Source: Blastocatellia bacterium
GTDB lineage: Bacteria; Acidobacteriota; Blastocatellia; RBC074
Reading direction: 5' to 3'
Length of the DNA: 56,673 nucleotides
Assembly (NCBI GenBank): GCA_043775925.1
Contig: JAYVRW010000281.1
Coordinates: forward strand, 1-56,673
The position numbers and the translations under genes are program-made. Positions 1 through 9,364 of the stretch are shown here, piece by piece. Below the pieces are notes generated by a model. The model had not been told where the DNA came from, did no database searches, and saw only the letters and a program-made list of their open reading frames with translations. The stretch's first letter is position 1. The number at the start of each line of letters is the position of its first letter.

Positions 1-114
1 GTTACCGGGAAACGTCATTTTCTTAAATCAAGCCCCAATCTCGCTGCAAACAAAAGCCTTATCAATTCGAGATTTTGAAATATCAACAGAACCTAAACAG
101 CTGAAGGTCATCTT

Positions 115-1254
115 ATGAATAAAAACTACCAAAAATTATTGATAATGGCGCTGGCGTTATGCGCTTCAGCCTGTGCGAATACGAATTTTAAAATTAATGC
201 TGAAGCGCCGCCGCTCTTTCACGGAACCGTCGAAACACATGAAATTAAAATCGGCTCCAAAGTCGGTGGACGTGTGACGGAAGTTTTAGTTGAAGAGGGA
301 CATAGCGTTGAGCTGAATCAACCTTTAGTACGCTTTGATGTCGCAGAATTGCATTCACAATTAAAGCAGGCGGAAGCACGTGTCACGCAGCATCGTGCTC
401 GTTTGAATCAATTGTTACGTGGCTTTCGCGTTGAAGAAATCGCGCAGGCTTCCGCCGTGACCGGAACCGCCAAAGCTTCATTTGAAGTGATGCGCAACGG
501 CGCACGTCCTGAAGATATTGCGCAGGTCAAAGCCAATGTTGCGGCTGTCGAAGCCGAAGTTGCGAGCGCCAAAATCAGCTACGAACGATTTAATCTTTTG
601 CATCAATCCGGCGATTTATCACGGCACGAAGTTGACAGCGCTAGGTATCGTTATGAAGCCATCGCAGCCCGCCGCGAAGCCGAAGCAAAAAAATTAGAGA
701 TGTTGATGAACGGCAATCGGCACGAAGAAATTCGCGGAGCCAGCGAACGTTTACGTCAGGCAGAGCAAGCCGAAAAAATGATGCGAGGCGGAGCGCGTCC
801 CGAAGAAATTGCCGATGCCCGCGCGCAGCTTGCCGAAGCACGGGCGAAAGTTGACCAATTCAAGGTTTTGATCGCTGAAGGAGAATTACACGCTCCGGCT
901 CGCGCCCGTGTCGAAGCAATTTCTATCAGACCCGGCGATGTTATTACGGCAGATCAAAGTGTCATGAAATTACTCGAAGCCGACCAGCTTTTTGTGCGGA
1001 TGTTCATCCCCGAACCCGACCTCGCCAAAATCAAAGTGGGGCAAAAAGTCAGTGTCACAATAGATGCGGCGGACGAACAGGTCATGGTTGGAGTTATTGA
1101 GCAAATTAATGAGCAGGGTGAATTCACGCCGCGCAATGTGCAAAGCCGTGACGAGCGCAATCATCAGGTTTTCGGCGTGAAAGTAAAGCTGAATAATTCC
1201 GCCGGGAAATTAAAATCAGGGATGGCGGCGAAGATTCATTTAGCTGGGAGTTGA
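115..1254 (+). CDS. HlyD-family membrane fusion (periplasmic adaptor) protein, probable lipoprotein
   Basis: Lipobox-like ALCASAC; lipoyl-like GSKVGGRVTEVLVEEG; long coiled coil; C-terminal EFTPRNVQSRDERNHQVFGVKV and LKSGM; directly upstream of ABC genes. Confidence 0.92.
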   Translation: MNKNYQKLLIMALALCASACANTNFKINAEAPPLFHGTVETHEIKIGSKVGGRVTEVLVEEGHSVELNQPLVRFDVAELHSQLKQAEARVTQHRARLNQLLRGFRVEEIAQASAVTGTAKASFEVMRNGARPEDIAQVKANVAAVEAEVASAKISYERFNLLHQSGDLSRHEVDSARYRYEAIAARREAEAKKLEMLMNGNRHEEIRGASERLRQAEQAEKMMRGGARPEEIADARAQLAEARAKVDQFKVLIAEGELHAPARARVEAISIRPGDVITADQSVMKLLEADQLFVRMFIPEPDLAKIKVGQKVSVTIDAADEQVMVGVIEQINEQGEFTPRNVQSRDERNHQVFGVKVKLNNSAGKLKSGMAAKIHLAGS

Positions 1255-1259
1255 GGGAG

Positions 1260-1349
1260 TTTTTAGACAGGATGAACAAGATTTGTAGGCAAGATTAACA
1301 AGAAAATTCCTGTCAATCTTGAAAAAATCCTGTTCATCCTGTCTAAAAA
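1260..1349. repeat. Intergenic palindromic element (REP-like)
   Basis: TTTTTAGACAGGATGAACAAGATTT ... AAATCCTGTTCATCCTGTCTAAAAA with one mismatch; nested inner arms CAAGATTAACAAG / CCTGTCAATCTTG. Confidence 0.85.
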
Positions 1350-1361
1350 ATATCGAAAATT

Positions 1362-2282
1362 ATGGCAACTGCAATTTCAATCAATGACCTGACGATCAAA
1401 TTCAAAAACTTCACCGCTGTCAACAGTGTCAGCTTGCAAGTGCAGCCCGGAGAGATTTTTGGCTTTCTGGGTCCGAACGGTTCCGGTAAAACGACGATTA
1501 TTAAAACGCTGTGTGGATTGCTGAAACCTACGTCTGGCGCAGCCGAAGTCTTCGGTTTGGATTGCCTCAAGCAAGCGGAAACGATTCGTCGGCAGGTTGG
1601 GTATATGTCACAGAATTTCAGCCTCTACGACGATTTGACGGTGCGCGAAAATCTTAATTTTTATGCGGGAATTTATGGGCTGCGCAATGGCGCTAAAAAA
1701 TCTCGCATTGCAGAAGTAATCGAAATGACGAAGCTGGAACCTTATCTTGAACGTCGTGCGGGAAAATTATCAGGTGGATGGAAGCAGCGGCTGGCTTTAT
1801 CATGCGCGATTATTCATAAGCCGAAACTTTTATTTTTGGACGAACCGACTGCCGGAATTGACCCCGTAGCGCGACGTGAACTGTGGGATGTTTTGTTTGA
1901 AATGTCAGGACGCGGAATTACTTTTTTCGTGACGACACATTACATGGATGAAGCCGAACGATGCAGCCGCGTCGGCTATATTTATTTGTCGAATTTGATT
2001 GCGTGCGGTACGCCGGAAGAGTTGAAAACATTGCCTGAAATTACTCCGAACGGAACGAAACGAATTGAAGTGAGTGTGGCAAACCCTGCCATTGCGCTTG
2101 CTGCTTTGAAGCATAAATCTTACGTGCGGCAAGCCACAATTTTCGGGCAATCCATCAACGCGTTGATTGATGAAAGGATCCCGATTGCGCAAATAAAAAA
2201 TGAAATTTCAGGCAGCGAGGTGCGAGAAGTCAGCGCTTCGCTGGAAGATGTTTTCGTGACGTTGACAATGCAGCATCAATGA
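1362..2282 (+). CDS. ABC transporter ATP-binding protein (ABC-2/DrrA type)
   Basis: Walker A GPNGSGKT, signature LSGG, Walker B LLFLDEP, H-loop TTH. Confidence 0.96.
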   Translation: MATAISINDLTIKFKNFTAVNSVSLQVQPGEIFGFLGPNGSGKTTIIKTLCGLLKPTSGAAEVFGLDCLKQAETIRRQVGYMSQNFSLYDDLTVRENLNFYAGIYGLRNGAKKSRIAEVIEMTKLEPYLERRAGKLSGGWKQRLALSCAIIHKPKLLFLDEPTAGIDPVARRELWDVLFEMSGRGITFFVTTHYMDEAERCSRVGYIYLSNLIACGTPEELKTLPEITPNGTKRIEVSVANPAIALAALKHKSYVRQATIFGQSINALIDERIPIAQIKNEISGSEVREVSASLEDVFVTLTMQHQ

Positions 2283-2286
2283 CCGA

Positions 2287-2375
2287 GGCAGAAGCCCGAC
2301 TGTTAAGGAGGGCAGTCGTACACTTCAAATAGCTTTCACTGTACCGACGCCCTCCTTAACAGTCGGGCTTCTGCC
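2287..2375. repeat. Palindromic element family A, copy 1
   Basis: GGCAGAAGCCCGACTGTTAAGGAGGGC ... GCCCTCCTTAACAGTCGGGCTTCTGCC, perfect 27-bp arms; related copies at 22359 and 49398. Confidence 0.93.
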
Positions 2376-2395
2376 GTTCGTTAGGGAAAATTACA

Positions 2396-3583
2396 ATGTC
2401 AGGACTTATCTCAACACATCCGATTTCCTCAACAAAAATAAAGAATTTCGTCCGTTTGCGACGCAATCCATTTTCGGGATTAGTCTCCGTGATGATCAAG
2501 GAATTCATTCACATTCGGCGTGATCCGGCAACATTCTTTTTTGTGATCGTCATTCCGGCGATTCAAATGTTGATTATGGGATTTGGCGTTAACGCCAATG
2601 TTCGCAATATTCCGACCATCGTTTACGACGCTTCAAAGACGCAGGAAAGCCGCCATTTAATTGATCGTTTTGTGAATTCCGATGATTTTCAAATTAAAAA
2701 TTATGTAACTTCGGACGCCGAAATGAATCAGGCGATCATTGCAGGAAAAGCACAGGTCGCACTGAAAATTCCTCCTGATTACGCGCGAATTTTGCTCGCT
2801 GGCGAAACTGCGAATATCCTTGTTTTAGTGGACGGCTCCGACGCGATGGTGGCGAGTGAAGCATCCAACGTCGCTAATTCGATTGCCATTCGTGAATCGG
2901 CTGATCGCCTGTTAATGAAATCGAACGACAAACTTTCACTGCCAGTTGAAGCACGAAGAAAATTGCTTTTCAACCCCGATTCGCGTTCACCAAATTTTAT
3001 GTTGCCGGGATTAATTGCGCTGCTGATGCAAATGCAAATCGTGACGCTGGCGGCGCTCGCCATCATTCGTGAACGCGAAAAAGGGACGCTCGAACAAATG
3101 TTCATGACGCCAGTGACGCCGCTGGGGTTAATGCTGGGAAAAATGATTCCGTACTTTGTCGTAGCCTTTATCGTGATGGCGTTTACCCTGACAATGAGCG
3201 TGTATGTTTTCGACGTGCCTATCGTTGGAAGCCTGCCATTATTGATCCTGCTGACGATCCCATTTGTCCTAACGATCATTGGAATTGGATTGTTGGTGTC
3301 ACTACGAGCCTCTTCACCTGCCGCTGCGATTCAGGCTGCAATCGGAACAATTTTGCCTTCGATTTATTTGTCCGGCTATATTTTTCCTGTTCATACGATG
3401 CCCGTATTTTTTCAGTGGTTCAGCCAGCTTCTTCCCGCGACGTGGATGATTCAAGTCATGCGGGGCGTAATGCTACGAGGTGCAGGCTGGGAAGATTTAT
3501 ATCGAAATGCGTTGGTGATGACGGCCATGGGAGTGACGTTGATTGTCGTGAGTATTCTACGTTTCAAAAAGAGGATTGCGTAA
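2396..3583 (+). CDS. ABC-2 type transporter permease
   Basis: KEFIHIRRD N-terminus, periplasmic domain, REREKGTLEQMFMTP, LSGYIFPVHTMP, several TM segments. Confidence 0.94.
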   Translation: MSGLISTHPISSTKIKNFVRLRRNPFSGLVSVMIKEFIHIRRDPATFFFVIVIPAIQMLIMGFGVNANVRNIPTIVYDASKTQESRHLIDRFVNSDDFQIKNYVTSDAEMNQAIIAGKAQVALKIPPDYARILLAGETANILVLVDGSDAMVASEASNVANSIAIRESADRLLMKSNDKLSLPVEARRKLLFNPDSRSPNFMLPGLIALLMQMQIVTLAALAIIREREKGTLEQMFMTPVTPLGLMLGKMIPYFVVAFIVMAFTLTMSVYVFDVPIVGSLPLLILLTIPFVLTIIGIGLLVSLRASSPAAAIQAAIGTILPSIYLSGYIFPVHTMPVFFQWFSQLLPATWMIQVMRGVMLRGAGWEDLYRNALVMTAMGVTLIVVSILRFKKRIA

Positions 3584-3668
3584 ATCCTTGCTTCAAAATT
3601 TTTTCTGGGTCATATTGAAAGCGTTCTCCCCAGAATGAATTAACAAAAAAATCAATTCGAGGAAAAGC

Positions 3669-6600
3669 ATGAAAAAAGCTGGTTCAGGTTTCCGTTTCTT
3701 CCATTTCTTGTACGGAATTCAGGTGGTGCTATTTTTATTCATTAGCGTAGATTCCTTGCAGGCACAATCCAATCAAAATTTATCGCAAGCCTTGATTCAA
3801 GGCACTCCGATTGAGCAAGTCATTGCAAAAGGTGAAGTTCAATCTTACAACATCGCGCTTGCCGCAGGTCAATTTGTGCATGTGCGGGTCACGCAAAAAG
3901 GAACGGATGTTGCGTTGCGTTTGCTGCGTCCGAATAAAGAAGAAATCTGTTCTTTCAATTTACTCCAAGGGGCTCAGCGTCATGAACGAATGTTGGTGAT
4001 TGCCAAAGAAACAGGGATTCATGAATTGAAAATTGCAATCCCAACCGGAAGCGCGCCACCGGGGAATTATCGTGTCGAGATACTGGAATTAAAGACTGCT
4101 GATGAGAACGACGAACGCCGAACTCAGGCAGAACATCTGATCGAAGAGGCTTGGGAAAGTCAATTAATAGGAACCGGGGAGTCCATTAAACTCTGTCATG
4201 AAAAAGCAAATCGGGCACTTGCCCTTTTTCAGGCAGCCAAAGATCAGGAAGGTGAAGCCTTAGCTTTAGAAGTTCAAATCACTGAGGTAGATCACACGCC
4301 ACAGATAGAGCTTTCTAAACAAGCGCTGGCTATCCAGCGTCAATTAGGGGATAAGCCGGCCATTGGTTATTTGCTGAATTCCGTTGGTATGGCTTATGTG
4401 GTTACTGGTGATTGGCAAAATGGAATTGAGTATTTACAGCAATGCTTGGAAGTCGTCAGAGAACTAGATGATTGGCAGGTTGCAACCAATGTTTATGGGA
4501 ATCTGGCGGTGCTTTATGGTCGAACGGGGGACGCTGAAAAGTCGGTGAATTTTTCTAAGCAATCAATCGCTATAGCAGAAGCTCATCAAATGAAAAATAG
4601 GAATATCGGGGGGTATGCTAATTTGGGAATTGCTTATAAAGATTTGGGGGAATATCAGCTTTCTCTGGAATCTTACGAGAAATCACTCCAACTCATGAAA
4701 GAGTTGAATCAAATGGATGCTGCTGGAAGAGTCTATAGCAATCTCGGCAATCTTTATCGGATTCTGAACAACGTTGAGAAAGCCAGCGAGTATTACCAAT
4801 TAGCCTTAGCGCTTTCGAGGAAAAAAGGAATCGAGCTGGATGAAGCGCTCGCGCTCAATAATTTGGGGCTGACTTATTATCGAATGGGCGAATATCAAAA
4901 AGCTTTGGAGGCCTGTCGGCAAGCTCTGGTGATCAGAAAAAAGAATGGAGATTTACCGGGACAAGCTGCTGCGTATGAATTCATTGGAATGGCATTGAAC
5001 AAGCTGGGGCAGTACGAAAACAGTTTGGAAAACCTGACGAGTGCACTTGATCTGCGCCGCAAAATGAATGAGCGATACGGGATCGTTTTTAATCTTCAGC
5101 ATTTAACTGAACTGGAAATGGATCGCGGAAATTATCAGCAGGGATTGCCCTACATTGAAGAGGCAATCAATTTGACAGAGGCGAATCGCTCGACGATCAA
5201 CGCTCCTGACCTGCGACTTTCGTATGGTTCTAAAATTCAGGAAGAATATTCAGTTTATGTAGATTTATTGTTGCGACTTCACCAACAGGAACCAACGGCC
5301 GGATACGATCAGAAGGCTTTGCAGATGAGCGAGAAAGCACGGGCACGCAGTATGCTGGAATCGCTCATTGAAGGGAGGCTTGATCTTCGTAGCGGCGTTA
5401 AGCCGGAATTGTTAGAGCGCGAAAAAGTGATTCAGAAGAAGATCAACGACAGTTCCTCGCAACTCGCTCGACAAATTTCTGGCAAGCCGGATGAAGCAAA
5501 AATCAAGAAAACACAAAATGAATTAGACACTCTGACCAAAGAATATAAAGACATTCTCACGCAAATTCGCCTTGAGAGTCCGCGCTATGCCAGCCTGACA
5601 CAGCCCCAACCGTTGAGCGCAAAAGAAATTCAATCCGAGATCATGGACGATCAAACTGTCTTGCTGGAATATGCGCTGGGAGATCAACAAAGCTGGTTAT
5701 TTGCTGCTACCAAAAATGGCGTGCAGACTTTCAAATTACACGGTGAGCAAGAAATCAATAATGCCGCACGAAAATTTTATGAAGCCTTAACCGCACGAGA
5801 ATCCGCGACCGACCTCAAAGGAATTGATGACAAAATAAATTCGACCGGAGCCGCACTCAGTCAGTTGATTCTCTCTCCTGTCGCCAAACAATTGAACAAC
5901 GAATGGAAGGGAAAACGATTGGCGATTGTCGCTTCGGGAGCGTTGGAATATGTGCCGTTTTCGGCTTTGCCTGAAATGGTAGGCAGTGATCGGGGGGCTG
6001 TGGTCGGTAATGTAGCGAATAACCGTTCACCGACCACAGCCCCCCGACCACTAATTACAGATCACGAAATCGTGAACCTACCATCTGCTTCTGTTTTAGG
6101 CGTAATTCGGCAGGAAATTTCTGCGCGTAAATCGGCTCCAAAACAAGTAGCGGTTTTCGCCGATCCGGTCTTTGAAAAGAATGATCCGCGCTTTGCGCAA
6201 GCGAAAAATCAGACTCCGAGCGAAACGCCAAAAGCGGAAGTTGCCAGCAATACCAATACCGTTTTCAGCCGCGCAATGCGGGATTTTGACAGCAAGCGCG
6301 ATCAACTTGGACGGTTGACGTTTTCAAAACAGGAAGCCGAAGCCATCGCTTCGATGACGAGCAAAGAACAAAGCCTGCAACGTGTGAGCTTCGCCGCCAA
6401 TCGCGCCAATGCGATGAGTGAAGAACTCAGCCAATATCGAATTATCCATTTCGCTACGCACGGAATGCTCAACAGCGAACATCCCGAATTATCCGGCTTG
6501 GTTTTTTCTTTGGTGGACGAAAAGGGCAAACCGCAGGATGGGTTTTTGCGGCTGCACGATATTTATAATTTGAAATTACCTGCCGATTTGGTAGTCCTCA

Positions 6601-6884
6601 GCGCGTGTCAGACTGCGCTTGGCAAAGAAGTCAAAGGCGAAGGTTTGATTGGATTGACGCGCGGATTTATGTACGCCGGAGCGCCGCGTGTGGTAGCGAG
6701 TTTGTGGCGCGTGAATGATTACGCGACCGCCGAATTGATGAAACGATTTTACGCGGGAATGCTGAAAGAAAATTTAGCTCCGGCGGCGGCCTTACGTGCG
6801 GCGCAGCTTGGCATGCTGAAACAGAAACGATTTGGTAATCCGTATTATTGGGCGGCGTTCACGCTGCAAGGTGAATGGAAGTAG
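3669..6884 (+). CDS. Secreted TPR-repeat / CHAT-domain (caspase-like, clan CD) protease
   Basis: Hydrophobic signal ending LQAQ; PPC-like N-terminal beta domain; about 8 TPR repeats; CHAT catalytic motifs HFATHG and VLSACQT; C-terminus PYYWAAFTLQGEW. Confidence 0.93.
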   Translation: MKKAGSGFRFFHFLYGIQVVLFLFISVDSLQAQSNQNLSQALIQGTPIEQVIAKGEVQSYNIALAAGQFVHVRVTQKGTDVALRLLRPNKEEICSFNLLQGAQRHERMLVIAKETGIHELKIAIPTGSAPPGNYRVEILELKTADENDERRTQAEHLIEEAWESQLIGTGESIKLCHEKANRALALFQAAKDQEGEALALEVQITEVDHTPQIELSKQALAIQRQLGDKPAIGYLLNSVGMAYVVTGDWQNGIEYLQQCLEVVRELDDWQVATNVYGNLAVLYGRTGDAEKSVNFSKQSIAIAEAHQMKNRNIGGYANLGIAYKDLGEYQLSLESYEKSLQLMKELNQMDAAGRVYSNLGNLYRILNNVEKASEYYQLALALSRKKGIELDEALALNNLGLTYYRMGEYQKALEACRQALVIRKKNGDLPGQAAAYEFIGMALNKLGQYENSLENLTSALDLRRKMNERYGIVFNLQHLTELEMDRGNYQQGLPYIEEAINLTEANRSTINAPDLRLSYGSKIQEEYSVYVDLLLRLHQQEPTAGYDQKALQMSEKARARSMLESLIEGRLDLRSGVKPELLEREKVIQKKINDSSSQLARQISGKPDEAKIKKTQNELDTLTKEYKDILTQIRLESPRYASLTQPQPLSAKEIQSEIMDDQTVLLEYALGDQQSWLFAATKNGVQTFKLHGEQEINNAARKFYEALTARESATDLKGIDDKINSTGAALSQLILSPVAKQLNNEWKGKRLAIVASGALEYVPFSALPEMVGSDRGAVVGNVANNRSPTTAPRPLITDHEIVNLPSASVLGVIRQEISARKSAPKQVAVFADPVFEKNDPRFAQAKNQTPSETPKAEVASNTNTVFSRAMRDFDSKRDQLGRLTFSKQEAEAIASMTSKEQSLQRVSFAANRANAMSEELSQYRIIHFATHGMLNSEHPELSGLVFSLVDEKGKPQDGFLRLHDIYNLKLPADLVVLSACQTALGKEVKGEGLIGLTRGFMYAGAPRVVASLWRVNDYATAELMKRFYAGMLKENLAPAAALRAAQLGMLKQKRFGNPYYWAAFTLQGEWK
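5985..6052. repeat. Intragenic palindromic element, in frame within the CHAT domain
   Basis: AGTGATCGGGGGGCTGTGGTCGGT (5985-6008) pairs with ACCGACCACAGCCCCCCGACCACT (6029-6052) at 23/24 positions; 20-nt loop; translates as SDRGAVVGNVANNRSPTTAPRPL. Confidence 0.88.
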
Positions 6885-6959
6885 TGTGAACTCGGCACAC
6901 TTACTTCGTGCGTGTTTCTGCATTTTTCGCCACAAAACTAATGCTCTGTAAATTAATCC

Positions 6960-6988
6960 AGCGACATGGATTGAGCTAGATTCTCACT
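6960..6988 (+). promoter_or_regulatory. Putative promoter/operator motif AGCGACATGGATT-N12-CACT, copy 1
   Basis: 13-nt exact match plus spaced CACT shared with 9278-9306; this copy overlaps dyad AATCCA-N6-TGGATT (6955-6972). Confidence 0.45.
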
Positions 6989-7101
6989 ACTCACTGTAGA
7001 CCATCAAAAAACTGAATGGCACCGAGTGAAATGTTTTTCTCAGAAAAGCTTATCTCTCTGGAAAGATTTTTTTATCACAAACCACCCAACTGGAGAAATA
7101 T

Positions 7102-9132
7102 ATGTCCCAAACAAAATTACGATCAGGCAAATTCATCGCCCTGGTAATTGTCGCCCTGTTGATCATTTGGAAAACAGGGAACCTGACAATTTCAACTGCG
7201 CAGGTACTACCGACCGTGAAATTTTATGACACGGTTCCGCTCGTGATTCCGATTGATACAACTGCGCCGATCCTGTTACGTGCTCAGGCTAATGGCGCTA
7301 CTCGCGTCAGTTTTGAATACAATCCGAACAATTTGGCGACGGGGCAGGAAATCCCCATGCTCGACGATGGTACAGGCGGAGATCAGGTTGCCGGGGACGG
7401 AATCTATACCGTGACCTTGACACCTGCACAGGCGGCACAAGGCTTACAAACCAGTGATGTTTTCAGGAAATTTATCGGATTTATCAAACCGTTTCAGGGA
7501 ACGACGCAGGGAAGTCGAATTAATACGTTTACGAATGTGATTACCTCAGACATTCCGCGTGGGACGATCAACCGTGCGGCCCCTGATGTGCAATTCACTG
7601 ATAATCTGGTGAATATTGTTGATCCAACGTATGAGGCGAATCGGGATTATAGAAAAGTAGCGCGGAAATTTTTCCAGTATTTCAAAGATGAATACGATTT
7701 TTTGAACATCGTCTCAGCACAAAACACTATCGAAAACCGCTTTCATTTCGGAGTTCAGAATAGTGTTCGTGGAATTGGAATTCCACTATTTGACACGAGC
7801 CTCGATTATGGAAGTGGTGGACAGTTACTGGGAATTTCGGTCTTTCCATCGTCAACAATTTACGACGGAGCCGAAGCTGGGTATCAACATGAAACGGGTC
7901 ATCAATGGGTTGAATTTCTTGATTTGCCAGCCATTAAAACGGGTAGACCACATTGGCCATATTCCAGTTTGGCCAGTGGAATTATGGGATTCTCAATTCC
8001 GGGGTCTGGCGCAGGTGGAGAATTTGCCTGCACTTTAACCCCTGAAGCTGGAGGTGTTCGCCTGACGCCGCGTGTCGGGCCACCAGTCTTTACCGATCTT
8101 GATTTGTACTTGATGGGATTATTGCCACCAGAGCAAGTCGGCGAGCATCTTATTTTTGCCGATCAATCACAAGCTCCAAGTTGTAATGGACAACTTTATA
8201 CGGCAGCTATGATCAAGGTGAACATCGGGGATGTTATTGCGCAGCAAGGGGCGCGTTTTCCTGTGGCAACTACGAGTGGCAAAAATTTTCGGATCGCTAC
8301 GGTGATCGTGTCAGAGAAATCGTTGTTGGATGAAAACGCGATGAATTATTTCAGCTATTTCACGAAGCGAGCTGAAGTTACGACGGATACTTTTGTACAC
8401 AATGGGTTCACGAAAAGAACTGAAAAACCATTTTTCGTTTCGACGGGAGGAAGAGCTACACTGACCACGAAGGTGTCACCCATTTTCGCACCAACTCCGA
8501 CTCCCACTCCAACGCCTGTACCAACGCCGACACCGATCCCCGTGCCAACTCCGAATCCGACACCAACACCTGTAGCAACCCCAACGCCGAACCCCACACC
8601 AGTGCCTACTCCAACACCAACTCCCACTCCCACGCAGGCGTGTGATTTGACGATTTGTTTTAGTGAACCGGATCGCTGGTGCAATCGGCTTGCGTCTTCC
8701 AGCAATTTCCGCAATTGGCAGGTCGTCGTGCCGGGAGTGAATGGCGGTAATCCGGTTCTTGTTTATGACTTTCCAAATGTTGTCAATCCGAATGTGAAGT
8801 ACGCACTTGGATGCGGCGGTGGGAATACTTCCGCGTGGGGAGAATTGACCGAAGCCTACGTCGGAGCGCAACTCGACATTCAAAGCGTCATTCCGTATTG
8901 GTGGTCAAAAATCAATACACAGCGCATCAGTTGCCATCTGGCTCCGACGGGAATGATGAGCGTCTCACCGTTGCCATTAACGTTAAGTAGTGGCGTGACG
9001 CTGACCAAAGATTCTTCGGTTGGAGATTTATTCAACGCCACGAATTGGGTGTTGCGCAGTGGTATGGCGGAAGATCAGACGAAGCTGCTGAAGGTCTTTA
9101 GAAGTTTGAATAACTGTACAAAAAAAGATTAA
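7102..9132 (+). CDS. Secreted putative zinc metalloprotease: choice-of-anchor-X-like domain, HExxH domain, PT linker, Cys-bounded C-terminal domain
   Basis: Signal/anchor [13 protein letters not shown]; [20 protein letters not shown]; HETGH then HWPY; PT linker; C-terminal domain from [10 protein letters not shown]. Confidence 0.75.
   Translation: MSQTKLRSGKFIALVIVALLIIWKTGNLTISTAQVLPTVKFYDTVPLVIPIDTTAPILLRAQANGATRVSFEYNPNNLATGQEIPMLDDGTGGDQVAGDGIYTVTLTPAQAAQGLQTSDVFRKFIGFIKPFQGTTQGSRINTFTNVITSDIPRGTINRAAPDVQFTDNLVNIVDPTYEANRDYRKVARKFFQYFKDEYDFLNIVSAQNTIENRFHFGVQNSVRGIGIPLFDTSLDYGSGGQLLGISVFPSSTIYDGAEAGYQHETGHQWVEFLDLPAIKTGRPHWPYSSLASGIMGFSIPGSGAGGEFACTLTPEAGGVRLTPRVGPPVFTDLDLYLMGLLPPEQVGEHLIFADQSQAPSCNGQLYTAAMIKVNIGDVIAQQGARFPVATTSGKNFRIATVIVSEKSLLDENAMNYFSYFTKRAEVTTDTFVHNGFTKRTEKPFFVSTGGRATLTTKVSPIFAPTPTPTPTPVPTPTPIPVPTPNPTPTPVATPTPNPTPVPTPTPTPTPTQACDLTICFSEPDRWCNRLASSSNFRNWQVVVPGVNGGNPVLVYDFPNVVNPNVKYALGCGGGNTSAWGELTEAYVGAQLDIQSVIPYWWSKINTQRISCHLAPTGMMSVSPLPLTLSSGVTLTKDSSVGDLFNATNWVLRSGMAEDQTKLLKVFRSLNNCTKKD
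8491..8634 (+). repeat. Pro-Thr low-complexity linker (48 codons)
   Basis: [24 protein letters not shown]...; codons synonymously varied, so not a perfect DNA tandem repeat. Confidence 0.95.
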
Positions 9133-9135
9133 CCA

Positions 9136-9199
9136 GCGTTAAGAGTTCACGCTTCAGCGTGCTAAAAAACACCCACGCTGAAGCGTGAACTCTTAACGC
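9136..9199. repeat. Intergenic palindromic element, possible terminator
   Basis: Perfect 26-bp arms GCGTTAAGAGTTCACGCTTCAGCGTG / CACGCTGAAGCGTGAACTCTTAACGC, 12-nt loop, just after the stop codon. Confidence 0.92.
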
Positions 9200-9277
9200 C
9201 TGCTCATCCCGTCTGAAATGTTTTTTCCTTTTCTGCTTACCTGGTTGAAAGCATCAATTTTCATTGTCCAGCACACG

Positions 9278-9306
9278 AGCGACATGGATTCACTCGTTCT
9301 GCCACT
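9278..9306 (+). promoter_or_regulatory. Putative promoter/operator motif AGCGACATGGATT-N12-CACT, copy 2
   Basis: Same motif and spacing as 6960-6988; upstream of ATG 9365 with SD-like GAGGAG. Confidence 0.45.
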
Positions 9307-9364
9307 CATTAAGTGACAACGGAAAATTGGAAGAGCTAACCCGCAAAACAAAAGAGGAGAAAAT

